NCBI GenBank assembly: GCA_016208485.1
Contig: JACQXY010000049.1
Coordinates: 2,800-66,799 of the forward strand
Direction: 5' to 3'
Length of the DNA stretch: 64,000 nucleotides
Origin: Acidobacteriota bacterium
GTDB lineage: Bacteria > Actinomycetota > AC-67
A program made the translations under genes and the position numbers. Positions 18,101-27,384 of this stretch are shown one piece after another. The notes under the pieces were generated by a model, which made no database searches, was not told the DNA's origin, and saw only the letters and a program-made list of their open reading frames with translations. Positions within the stretch are counted from its first letter, which is position 1. Every line of letters begins with the position of its first letter.

Positions 18101-18575
18101 CGTACGCGGTCTCGATCACCAGCGCGTCCACGCCACCCTCGATGAGGCCGAGCGCCTGCGCGCGGTAGGACCGCTCCAGATCATCGAAGGTCGCCTGCCC
18201 GAGCGATGGCGCCTTCGTTCCCGGGCCGATCGACCCGGCGACCCAGCGCGGCCGGTCGGAGAAGGAGGAGGCGGCCTCGCGCGCGAGGCGCGCGGCGACC
18301 ACGTTCAGCTCGTGGACGCGGTCGCCCATCCCGTACTCGTCCTGGACGAGCGCGTTCGCCCCGAATGTGTTCGTCTCGATGCAGTCGGCCCCAGCCTCGA
18401 GGTAGGAGGCATGGATCGCGCGGATCACGTCGGGCCGGGACAGAAGAAGCACCTCGGAGTTGCCCTCGTGGCCCCAGTAATCGTCGACCGAGAGGCCGCG
18501 GGCCTGGATCTCGGTGCCCATGGCGCCATCAAAGATCAGGACGCGCTCGTCGAGCGCCTCGAGGAACGTGCTCAT
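15108..18575 (-). CDS. metH: Cobalamin-dependent methionine synthase
   Basis: Start at the internal Met giving MSTFLEALDERVLIFDGAMGTEIQARG (Hcy-binding domain). Followed by pterin-binding, B12-binding (GDVHDIGKNLV) and AdoMet-activation domains over ~1155 aa. The first 83 codons of the track ORF are leader, not coding. Confidence 0.95.
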   Translation of the reverse strand: MSTFLEALDERVLIFDGAMGTEIQARGLSVDDYWGHEGNSEVLLLSRPDVIRAIHASYLEAGADCIETNTFGANALVQDEYGMGDRVHELNVVAARLAREAASSFSDRPRWVAGSIGPGTKAPSLGQATFDDLERSYRAQALGLIEGGVDALVIETAYDLLQVKAAIAAVAGAFEESRTHLPVIVQVTVEATGQMLLGSEIGAALATIEPFGIVKVVGLNCATGPVEMTEHVRYLCAHSRKFVSVLPNAGLPEVRDGRTVYSLTPEEFVAHHRLFVEEFGANVVGGCCGTTPEHIRRLAEALRDRPRPHRAPQFEPACASLYIAQPLRQETSFFVVGERCNAQGSKRFRGLVEAGDWDHAVEVAKEQVREGAHGLDISVDMTGRDGVADMAAVVSELRSQVTLPLFLDSTEPSVLEAGLKLIGGRPVINSINLEEGRGPGSRIDRTLRLARRFGAAVIAMAIDERGQATTRARKLDACRAVFEVATGEYGLEPHDLIFDPLVLPISTGMEEGRRAALETLDAVAALGEEFPDSFTSLGVSNVSFGLSPAARQALNSMFLHEAVARGLSMAIMHPGQILPTHRIEERARAVALDLVYDRRREGYDPLAELIVLFEGVSGTRTGAGEEELSALPLAERLTRRIVDGARKGLEADLDDALADHPALEIIDRFLLPGMKLVGEQFASGEMQLPFVLQSAETMKVAVSHLEPHMERAGDGSKGRIVLATVKGDVHDIGKNLVDIILTNNGYSVENLGIKQPIGAIVEAAERAGADAIGLSGLLVKSTVVMREDLEEMNRRGLHGYPVLLGGAALTRAYVENDLRALYRGRVFYGRDAFEGLRIMDGLMAEKRGEAAAPVEAAPRPRRARRPAAAAGARRSDVAIDVQVPHAPFHGSRIAAGLSIQEVARYLNRVSLYQGRWQVRRRRGQSAEEFEASLARTMDPVLRDVLARSVEERILAPAVVYGYFACASEGNDLIVYDDDGRERARFGFPRQSRGRRLCIADFFRPVESGERDVVALQVVTMGPRASEVAAELFRADRYTDYLYLHGLSVEMAEALAEMWHRRVREELGIAGLDAATVEGILKAGYRGCRYSFGYPACPGLEDQKKILELLEPERIGVRLSEEFQLAPEQSTSAIIVHHPEARYFSVGRAAISGGGE

Positions 18576-18647
18576 GGCCGGGATTGTAGCGGCCCAGTCC
18601 GGCTCCCCCCCGCCGCACTCCGCCGGATGGATAGCGAGCCAATCCAC

Positions 18648-18800
18648 GGCGGAAGGGACGTTCAAGAGCGAGGAGATAATCCCTGTGGGAGGGCCTCCAG
18701 AGAGTACAAGTCGGCCCATTGACCCATTGGGGCTCCTGGCATATCGTGCGAGTAGGGGGAACCTGCGCGACGGGCCCGGCTGGGGGCGGTGTTCTATCGT
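18648..18800 (+). promoter_or_regulatory. Conserved ~150-nt promoter/leader element, copy 1: GGAGGGCCTCC palindrome, then 20 nt, then TTGACC, 17 nt, TATCGT, plus the first ~45 nt of the transcript
   Basis: About 78% identical to 21318-21470. It has the same palindrome, spacing and -35/-10 architecture. It lies upstream (plus strand) of the secreted-protein gene at 18959 and overlaps the divergent metH upstream region. Confidence 0.4.
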
Positions 18801-18958
18801 CGAGATCCACGCAGAGGTCCCCAAGACAGCTTATCGGTCCGCCACCGAAGTGCTGTACCGGGTGGAACGGGAACTGCTCGCGCTGCTTGGGCGTTTGGCG
18901 CTGCCCGAGAGAAGGGAGGGAGCGAGAAGGGGGAAGACGCAAGCGGAGAGGAGGAGTC

Positions 18959-19453
18959 ATGAAGAAGCTCGCACTGCTCGTGGTGCTTCTGTGGTTGGTC
19001 CCGGCGACTGCCCTCGCGAGCCCAACCCCGGTGCTCGGCACGGGTGGGGAGGCGGTGGGTTCAAGGGGGAGCGAAGTCACTACGTGCAACGCCCGAGTCG
19101 AGATGATCCTTGACGAGCTGACCGAGGACCTGTCGCCCCCGCAGGTCCGGGGGAAGGTCTCGGCCTTCGCCACGGGCACCTGCATCGGTACCGCCCGCGT
19201 AACGCCGTACGCGACCGACGTGCATATCTACGTAGCAGGAGTGGAGATCGACAAGTACACGTGTCTCGCGAGCTTCAAGTGTGGTGCCGAACCGGTCTCC
19301 TTCACGGTGCCTGCCGGAAGTCTGGTCACCGCGACGAGCGACCAATATTGGGACGTGACTGCGGGGGGAGCCTGGAACGCCGCGACACCCCGCTATTGCT
19401 CGATCAAGAACCCCCGCGTCTGGTGCGGGGCCTACGCGGCGGCGACCCCGTGA
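18959..19453 (+). CDS. Small secreted hypothetical protein (164 aa, 5 Cys)
   Basis: The ATG at 18959 is preceded by GGAGAGGAGGAG. The signal peptide is MKKLALLVVLLWLVPATALASP. No known domain was recognised. Confidence 0.6.
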   Translation: MKKLALLVVLLWLVPATALASPTPVLGTGGEAVGSRGSEVTTCNARVEMILDELTEDLSPPQVRGKVSAFATGTCIGTARVTPYATDVHIYVAGVEIDKYTCLASFKCGAEPVSFTVPAGSLVTATSDQYWDVTAGGAWNAATPRYCSIKNPRVWCGAYAAATP

Positions 19454-20097
19454 AGCCGCGCTGGGTGGGATGCGCCTGCCTTCTGGTTCTTGCCACCGCG
19501 CTGCCGGCAGGCGCATCCGCCCGGCGCCTGGAGGTCCGCGGCAACCTCTGGTGGTCCGGGACGATTCACGCTCCGGGCAAGATCTCGATCCAGCAGATCT
19601 CGGCGCGCCCGGTTCGGACCGAGGGATGCTTCCTGATGGACAGGACCAAGGCATACGGCGGGTATCGCGGTTCCATGGGCGGGTATTCGCTCTCTACCAG
19701 TCCCCACTCCCCCAGCGACGGCGGCGTCGGGGCAGAGTATTACGACCGGAGCTCCTGGGAGGTCTTCATCTTCTGCGTCTCGGAGGCGCCGGCGCGCACG
19801 ATCCTCGAAGTGGAGGGCCGCGTCACAGGGGCGCGCTGGGGACGGGACGGGATCCTCTTCCGGCGGGAATGGGACCTTGCTCCGACGCCGGTGCACGGGC
19901 AGTGGCGACCCGTGGTCTTTCGCCGGGGAGCGGTGGCTTGGCTCATGCCGAACGAACAGCCGACGATCTTCTCGATCGACGGGGAAACCTACGTCGGGAG
20001 CGCAAAACTGCGGGGAGAGCCACCGGGCACCCGAGTCTTCGGGGTTCAGGCGACGGCGGCCCCGGTGATGCTCGCGGCCGTAGACCAGGTCTGGTGA
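19450..20097 (+). CDS. Secreted hypothetical protein (215 aa)
   Basis: The GTG at 19450 overlaps the upstream TGA (GTGA coupling). The N-terminus is VKPRWVGCACLLVLATALPAGASA (signal peptide). The track ORF starts earlier, but in a region overlapping the previous gene. Confidence 0.55.
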   Translation: MKPRWVGCACLLVLATALPAGASARRLEVRGNLWWSGTIHAPGKISIQQISARPVRTEGCFLMDRTKAYGGYRGSMGGYSLSTSPHSPSDGGVGAEYYDRSSWEVFIFCVSEAPARTILEVEGRVTGARWGRDGILFRREWDLAPTPVHGQWRPVVFRRGAVAWLMPNEQPTIFSIDGETYVGSAKLRGEPPGTRVFGVQATAAPVMLAAVDQVW

Positions 20098-20111
20098 GGC
20101 CGGAGGAGCTG

Positions 20112-20483
20112 CGCCGGTTCCGCCACCTGGAGGAGGTCGTAGGCGGTCTCGATGAGGATCGCGTCGACGCCGCCCTCGATCAGGCCGAGCGCCTGCGCGC
20201 GGTAGGACCGCTCCAGATCATCGAAGGTCGCCTGCCCGAGCGAGGGCGCCTTCGTGCCGGGGCCGATCGACCCGGCGACCCAGCGCGGCCGGTCGGAGAA
20301 AGCGGATCGCATCAGGCCGGGAGAGGAGAAGGACCTCGGAGTTGCCCTCGTGGCCCCAGTAATCGTCGACCGAGAGGCCGCGGGCCTGGATCTCGGTGCC
20401 CATGACTCCATCAAAGATCAGGACGCGCTCGTCGAGCGCCTCGAGGAACGTGCTCATGGCCGGGATTGTAGCGGCCCCCGCTT
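20112..20483 (-). pseudogene. Duplicated, internally deleted 5' fragment of metH (start codon plus about 120 codons plus 26 nt of leader)
   Basis: The nucleotides are near-identical to metH 18100-18600, including catggccgggattgtagcggccc. A ~165-nt internal deletion corresponds to metH 18290-18455. The translations MSTFLEALDERVLIFDGVMGTEIQARG... and ...FSDRPRWVAGSIGPGTKAPSLGQATFDDLERSYRAQALGLIEGGVDA are in two different frames. Confidence 0.8.
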
Positions 20484-20580
20484 GGGCTCCTGTCTCCTTA
20501 CTCACTCCCACTGCGGTCCCTTGGTGGCACATGGATGGCTAGGTGACACTTCACCGCCTGAAGTAGTACGCTGGCACTCG

Positions 20581-20907
20581 ATGGAACAAGAGTCCAGCCG
20601 AGTCACCGTGGGCCCGAAAGGGCGGATCGTCATCCCGGCACGCCTGCGTGAGCGCGCCCACGTCACCGAGGGCTCGGTTCTGTACGGGCGCGTCGACGAA
20701 GCAGGGCGGCTGATCCTGGAGACCAGAGACTCGATCAAGGGGCGAATCCGCGCGGCCGCAAAGACGAGCGCCCACAGGGAGGGGAGCGTCGTGGACCGGC
20801 TCCTCACCGAGCGCCGGTCCGAGGCGCGTCTGGCCGAACGCCGAGTCCGGCGGGGCCCGACCGCGCGCCGGCTCGACGCCGAGCCCCGGAGCCCCCGGCG
20901 CCGATGA
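20581..20907 (+). CDS. vapB: AbrB/MazE (SpoVT-AbrB)-type antitoxin
   Basis: VTVGPKGRIVIPARLRERAHVTEGSVLYGRVDEAGRLILE is a swapped-hairpin AbrB fold motif. Its stop overlaps the toxin start (ATGA). Confidence 0.7.
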   Translation: MEQESSRVTVGPKGRIVIPARLRERAHVTEGSVLYGRVDEAGRLILETRDSIKGRIRAAAKTSAHREGSVVDRLLTERRSEARLAERRVRRGPTARRLDAEPRSPRRR

Positions 20908-21299
20908 CACCCGAAACAGTCGTGGTCGACGCGTCGGCCGTGCTCGCGTGGATCTTCGACGAGCGTGGAGCCGAGGTCGTCGAGGGGGTTCTCCCCACTT
21001 CCGTTCTCTCGGCGGTCAACTTCGCGGAGGTCCTCTACTGCGCATCGGACGAAGGCATGGACGCGAGTTCGCTGGCACGGGACCTCGTGGCCTTCGGAAT
21101 CCAAGTCGTCCCGTTCACCCAAGCCGAGGCCGCCATCGTCGAGTCGTTGCGCGCCCGCGCGAGACCGCGAGGCGTGCGGCTCTCCCTGGCCGACTACTGC
21201 TGCCTGGCGACCGCGGTGCGCCTCGACCTCCCCGTCATGGGGGCCAACCGGGCATGGCGCGCCCTGGACGCCGGCGTCGAGGTTCGTCTGCTGAGGTAG
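20904..21299 (+). CDS. vapC: PIN-domain toxin (VapC ribonuclease)
   Basis: The N-terminus is MTPETVVVDASAVLAWIFDE (first acidic residue). ...VNFAEVLY... and ...LADYCCLATAVRLDLPVMGANRAW match the PIN conserved acidic quartet pattern. Confidence 0.8.
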   Translation: MTPETVVVDASAVLAWIFDERGAEVVEGVLPTSVLSAVNFAEVLYCASDEGMDASSLARDLVAFGIQVVPFTQAEAAIVESLRARARPRGVRLSLADYCCLATAVRLDLPVMGANRAWRALDAGVEVRLLR

Positions 21300-21317
21300 C
21301 CGCCGGGCGTCGCCGAG

Positions 21318-21470
21318 ACGGGCGGCCGGGAGATCGACGGCGGAAGAGGCGTTCCAGGGCGAGCGATGATCCCGGTGGGAGGACCTCCAGACAGCACAAG
21401 TCGACCCATTGACGCATTGAGGCCGTGCCCATATGGTGCGGCTAGGAGAATCTCGGAGAGAGGCCCGGTC
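21318..21470 (+). promoter_or_regulatory. Conserved promoter/leader element, copy 2: GGAGGACCTCC palindrome, then 20 nt, then TTGACG, 17 nt, TATGGT
   Basis: Homologous to 18648-18800. It lies upstream (plus strand) of the secreted-protein gene at 21726, with an apparent 5' UTR of about 280 nt. Confidence 0.4.
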
Positions 21471-21725
21471 GGGGTGGCATTCCCGTGTCGGGTCCCTTGG
21501 GCGGTGGGAGTGTCCACTTCGATGGGCCACAACCGGTCCGTGACCTCAGAGCGCAGTGCACCGAGTCCTCTGGCATCCGACTCCGGCGCCCTCTCCCCCA
21601 AGCCCCCCCCACAGCCCGGCGGGCCCGTCGGGTAGGAGGTCACTCAGCCGTTCCGCACGGACGAGGACCGCCCCGCACGGAGACCTGCCGACCCGTGTCC
21701 GTCCTCAAGGCGAAAGGGGCATGCC

Positions 21726-22199
21726 ATGCGAAGGACCTCCCTCCTCATCCTGGCAACAACGGCCGTCTTGCTCGTAGGGGTGCTACCGGCTGCCGCCGGT
21801 CCCACCTCGAGCATCACCAACCCACGCAACTACGTGGCCGCAGCCCTTGGAATCGGCGGAACTCTCCCGGGACCCACGCTCGCCGTGGAAGGCCACGCCA
21901 CTGGAGTGCTCACGAGCCCGAACACGGTGCAGGTCATCGTGGAGTGCAACGCGGTCGCGCTGCCGGGAGCCACGCTCGGCGGCTGGACGCCCGTCGCCGT
22001 CCCGCTCGCAACCGCGATCACCAAGTGCTACGTGTGGAGCGAGGCAGGGGGATCCGCCTACGCGCCCTCTCTGGGACTTCCCGGCGCGGTTGCGGCAACG
22101 GCCGGAACAAAGAATGTCGGGCTCGGGGTGCTGCACGTCGTTTGCGAAGGCAAAGCGCTCTTCTCGGACGGCCGGACGGTACCCGGCAGCTGTAAGTAG
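21726..22199 (+). CDS. Small secreted hypothetical protein (157 aa)
   Basis: The ATG follows aaagggg. The signal peptide is MRRTSLLILATTAVLLVGVLPAAAGP. The mature part is Ala/Gly/Thr-rich with 4 Cys. Confidence 0.55.
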   Translation: MRRTSLLILATTAVLLVGVLPAAAGPTSSITNPRNYVAAALGIGGTLPGPTLAVEGHATGVLTSPNTVQVIVECNAVALPGATLGGWTPVAVPLATAITKCYVWSEAGGSAYAPSLGLPGAVAATAGTKNVGLGVLHVVCEGKALFSDGRTVPGSCK

Positions 22200-22385
22200 G
22201 GGGCCCTTCGAGGCACCGCCCGCGAAGCGGCCGCTGGGGTTGGACTCCCCGGGGAGCGGCGACAGCACCGGCCCTGGGGAGATCCAGCCGGAGGGCGAGC
22301 GGATCGCCAAGGACGGTTCGGCGCGCAGGCAAGGAGGGAACGACATGCGCAAGCGAAGAAGCTCAGCCCTGATCGTCGAAGCGGG
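22199..22385. repeat. Upstream element of tandem paralog 1: a ~190-bp direct repeat containing AGGAGGGAACGAC-ATG (MRKRRSSALIV...) in a frame different from the downstream domain
   Basis: Near-identical to 23228-23420. Each copy begins immediately after the stop codon of the preceding gene (gtagggg). Confidence 0.7.
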
Positions 22386-22445
22386 GGCGGAGCGGTCCCG
22401 ACCCTCGGGGCGATCAACAAAATCACCGCCGCCAGCACGAGCTTC

Positions 22446-23225
22446 ATGCGGGTGCGCATCCCCGCCCCATCGACCGTGTCCAATGAACCCGAGGGAAACC
22501 TCGACATCTCGATCGAAGGGTCGGGCCGCTTCAAGGGCCTTGTGCTCGTTCAGGATGTGCCCCCTGACGACCAGACCATCCTGGTCGCGGTGCGCGTGCC
22601 TGAGGACGCCCTCTGCGGCGCAACGTACTGCCCCGCCACTCCGCTGGTCGCCACGGAGGCCTGGGGGCCAGGCGCGGAGCTCGTGGTGGGGGAGCAGCTC
22701 CCTCTTCCGGCCGGCACCTACCGGCTCTACGTCATGGCAGAGGGCGGACCGGTCTCGATCACCCTCCGCCTGCACGGCCTCACGGGCAGCACATCCCTGC
22801 GCCCGACGAAACCCGCCCGCCTCTTCGCTTGGGACTGGAAGCCCAAGGTTCCGATGAGTCCCTACCAGCTTGTCTTCTCGGACTGGGCCACCTTCGACAT
22901 CGGCCGGGAGCAGATCGACGGCACCCTCCTCTGGAGGGTGAACAGCCCGGTGCTCGGCCCGAATAGAACCCAGAGGTGCTTCTACGTGACCAACCCCGAC
23001 CCGCCGGTCGGCTTCCTGCCGGGCTGCCCGTATGCCGACATGACGCTCACCATGAACTGGTGGTTCGTCGGGACGATCCCCTACGCGTCCCTTTCCTTCG
23101 CCACCGGACGGGTCTATGGTCCCCCGAGTCCCCCCATGCGTGAGAGCATAGCAATCTGGTCGGAGGCGGCCTCGCCGGTCGAGAAGATCGGCGGGATCGG
23201 CTTCTCCCTCACCCTTCGGGAGTGA
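22446..23225 (+). CDS. Hypothetical cytoplasmic protein; tandem paralog 1 (259 aa). The N-terminus is uncertain
   Basis: GC3 is high only in this frame. Conserved with paralog 2 from DISIEGSGRFKGLVLVQDVPPDD through ...GPNRTQRCFYVTNPDPPVGFLPGCPYADMTL.MNWWFVG.IPYASL. The ATG at 22446 is the only canonical in-frame start. No signal peptide. Confidence 0.6.
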   Translation: MRVRIPAPSTVSNEPEGNLDISIEGSGRFKGLVLVQDVPPDDQTILVAVRVPEDALCGATYCPATPLVATEAWGPGAELVVGEQLPLPAGTYRLYVMAEGGPVSITLRLHGLTGSTSLRPTKPARLFAWDWKPKVPMSPYQLVFSDWATFDIGREQIDGTLLWRVNSPVLGPNRTQRCFYVTNPDPPVGFLPGCPYADMTLTMNWWFVGTIPYASLSFATGRVYGPPSPPMRESIAIWSEAASPVEKIGGIGFSLTLRE

Positions 23226-23227
23226 GC

Positions 23228-23420
23228 TCACACTGTGTAGGGGGCGCTTCGAGGCACCGCCCGCGAACCGGCCGCTGAGGTTGGACTCCCCGGGGAGCGG
23301 CGACAGCACCGGCCCTGGGGAGATCCAGCCGGAGGGCGAGCGGATCGCCAAGGACGGTTCGGCGCGCAGGCAAGGAGGGAACGACATGCGCAAGCGAAGA
23401 AGCTCAGCCCTGATCGTCGC
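23228..23420. repeat. Upstream element of tandem paralog 2 (second copy of the ~190-bp direct repeat)
   Basis: Aligned with 22199-22385. Relative to copy 1, a ~126-bp deletion downstream of it removes the segment carrying the copy-1 ATG. Confidence 0.7.
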
Positions 23421-23462
23421 CCCGACATCTCGATCGAGGGCCCCGGCCGCTTCAAAGCCCTC

Positions 23463-24152
23463 GTGGTCGTTCAGGATGCACCCTTTGACGACCGAACCAC
23501 GCTCATCGCCGTAGGGGTGCCGGCCGGCGCCCTCTGCGGCCCAACGTACTGCCCGGCCACTCCGGAGGTCGCCACGAACACCTGGGGGCCAGGGGCGGAG
23601 GCCTCGGCGGAGAAGCAGTTCCCTCTCCCGGCCGGCCCCTACCGGCTCTACGTACTGGCGGAGGGCGGACCGGTCTCGATCACCCTCCGCCTTCACGGCA
23701 TCAGGGGCAGCGCGTCCCTGCGCCCGACGAAACCCGCCCGTTTCTTCCTCCATGATTGGAAGCCCCGAGTCCCGATGAGTCCCTACCAACTCGCCTTCTG
23801 GGACTGGACCACCTTCGACATCGGCCGGGAGCAGATCGACGGCACCCTCCTCTGGAGGGTGAACAGCCCGGTGCTCGGCCCGAATAGAACCCAGAGGTGC
23901 TACTACGTGACCAACCCCGACCCGCCGGTCGGCTTCCTGCCGGGCTGCCCGTATGCCGACATGACGCTCGCCATGAACTGGTGGTTCGTCGGGGCGATCC
24001 CCTACGCGTCCCTTGCGTTCGCCACCGGCATGGTGGGCGGCGACCTCACACCTGGGAGCGTGGCCTTCACACGTGAGAGCGTGGCCCTCTGGTCGTATGC
24101 GGCCTCGCCGGTGGAGAAGCTCGGCGGGATGTTCTTCTCCCTCACCCTCTGA
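23463..24152 (+). CDS. Hypothetical protein; tandem paralog 2 (possibly N-terminally truncated)
   Basis: The GTG at 23463 is the first in-frame start. Frame-0 similarity to paralog 1 continues upstream of it (DISIEGPGRFKALVVVQD), but there is no start codon there. Confidence 0.5.
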   Translation: MVVQDAPFDDRTTLIAVGVPAGALCGPTYCPATPEVATNTWGPGAEASAEKQFPLPAGPYRLYVLAEGGPVSITLRLHGIRGSASLRPTKPARFFLHDWKPRVPMSPYQLAFWDWTTFDIGREQIDGTLLWRVNSPVLGPNRTQRCYYVTNPDPPVGFLPGCPYADMTLAMNWWFVGAIPYASLAFATGMVGGDLTPGSVAFTRESVALWSYAASPVEKLGGMFFSLTL

Positions 24153-24208
24153 TGCGACCCGGCGCGGACGCCGTTCGCCCGCCCCCGGACGCCGAGGCGT
24201 CCGGGCAA

Positions 24209-24747
24209 CTACGCCGGCCGATTCTCCTCGGAGATGTCGGCGAGCACTGGGTTCCCCCGGTCGCGCTCGGATAAGTGCGGCTCCCCGGGAGGCCAGGCGA
24301 TCCCGAGCGCCGGATCGTCCCAACGGACCCCCAGCTCGTCGGAGCCGTCGTAGTAGTCGTCCGCCAGGTAGACGAGCGTAGCATCCGTGAGCGCCCAGAA
24401 GCCGTGCGCCACCCCCGGCGGCACGTACAGGCCACCCGCCGCCTCACCGTCCAGCTCGAAGCTCTCGCTCGCCCCCCTCGTCGGCGAGGACTCCCGGAGG
24501 TCGTAGAGCCCTGCGAGCATCCGGCCGGTGATGACCGTCACGTAGTCCGCCTGGAACAGGTGGTAGTGCATCCCCCGCAGGACGCCGGCCCGCGAGTCGC
24601 TCCGACTCCCCTGGACCATCTCGCGCGCGCCGGGGATCCAGGAACGGCGGAAGGCCTCCACGAAGCGCCCGCGCGCGTCGGGCCACTGCCCGGGCCGAAC
24701 GTGGTAGACCCCGGAGATGCGCGCGGACTCCCAGACCTCGGCCACGG
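24209..24747 (-). CDS. rmlC: dTDP-4-dehydrorhamnose 3,5-epimerase
   Basis: ISGVYHVRPGQWPDARGRFVEAFR..., ...GVLRGMHYHL.QADYVTVITG..., ...VPPGVAHGFWALTD... are cupin RmlC motifs. The start is set at a GTG (VAEVW), because the track ORF extends into the 16S spacer. No rmlA, rmlB or rmlD adjacent. Confidence 0.75.
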
Positions 24748-24892
24748 CGCGGGAGTGTACCCGGGAACACCCTGCCGAGAAGCAAAGAGGGCGCCCGCGT
24801 AGGACGCCCTCGAGGCTTGCGCCGGGGAAGCTGCATAGCGAGGACGAGAGTGGGTTGACCTGATTGTCGGGAGTTACCCCGAAGGGTTTACT

Positions 24893-26719
<1,827 letters not shown>

Positions 26720-26947
26720 CCTCCATCGAGTTCTCACTCAGACCGGCCGGAGCCGGCCAGGTTTGATCTCTATGCAAGGCGTTACTTCAGGCGCCCACTC
26801 TCTGCGGATCCCTCGGCCCGCTCACGCGAGCCTCAGGAGTGCGTGTCCTCGCTATGCAGTTTTCAAGGCGCAAGCATGCCAAACTCCAAGCCCTACCCGG
26901 TCTTGGGGTCTGGCGAACTTTCAAGGCCGCCTCAGACGACCGCCGCT

Positions 26948-26975
26948 AGTATAGCGCCCCACCCAAGATGCGCAA
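26948..26975 (-). promoter_or_regulatory. Candidate rRNA promoter
   Basis: The minus strand reads TTGCGC, then 16 nt, then TATACT. The leader to the mature 16S 5' end is about 225 nt and contains two GCCTTGAAA motifs that may be boxA-like. Confidence 0.45.
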
Positions 26976-27035
26976 CCGGGGGTCGATGCGGTAGAACTGA
27001 GCCGGCGGGCGGCTATGAGCGGAGGAGGGCGACCC

Positions 27036-27362
27036 ATGGTCAAGACCGGCGACCGAATCGTCATCGAGGGGTCCAAGGTGGGAGGAGCCCGCCGGGAGGG
27101 GACCGTCGTGGGCACGGCCGGGCGGATGCTTCAGATCCGCTGGCCGGACGGCCAGGAGAGCTACCTGACGCCCGCGCCCGGGACCGTGAAGGTGGTTACC
27201 GGGAACTCGCGGCGCGCTGCCGCTCCTCGGTCCGCGAACCCTCCCCTCTCGAGGAAGCAGGCTCCCGGAGCCCGGGCAAACAAGCCGAAGCCGGCGGCGA
27301 AGACGGCGGTGAGAGCCGCGGCGAAGTCCGGCGCGAAGAAGCGCGGCGCGAAGAAGCGCTAG
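27036..27362 (+). CDS. DUF1918-family small protein with a Lys/Ala-rich C-terminal tail
   Basis: The ATG follows GGAGGAGGG. MVKTGDRIVIEGSKVGGARREGTVVGTAGRMLQIRWPDGQESYLTPAPGTV matches the DUF1918 pattern. The tail KPKPAAKTAVRAAAKSGAKKRGAKKR is histone-like. Confidence 0.65.
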   Translation: MVKTGDRIVIEGSKVGGARREGTVVGTAGRMLQIRWPDGQESYLTPAPGTVKVVTGNSRRAAAPRSANPPLSRKQAPGARANKPKPAAKTAVRAAAKSGAKKRGAKKR

Positions 27363-27384
27363 CCTCGGCGGGTCCCGAGGCGCG

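Noticed and set aside
15649-18722. 689-aa and 708-aa ORFs overlapping metH (15649-17718 minus, 16596-18722 plus)
   Set aside because: Frame artefacts. metH is unambiguous across all four domains in its own frame.
18576-18800. Riboswitch (cobalamin, SAM or SAH) in the metH 5' leader
   Set aside because: No B12-box (GCCACTG-like), SAM-I, SAM-IV or SAH consensus could be matched by eye. The conserved part is better explained as a plus-strand promoter and operator that is shared with 21318-21470.
21783-24323. 846-aa minus-strand ORF spanning both tandem paralogs, and the minus ORF 22058-22534 with a signal-peptide-like MKLVLAAVILLIAP segment
   Set aside because: Antisense to frames with coding GC3. 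The hydrophobic segment is simply the reverse complement of the AGGAGG-ATG-MRKRRSSALIV region, and its GC3 is not coding-like.
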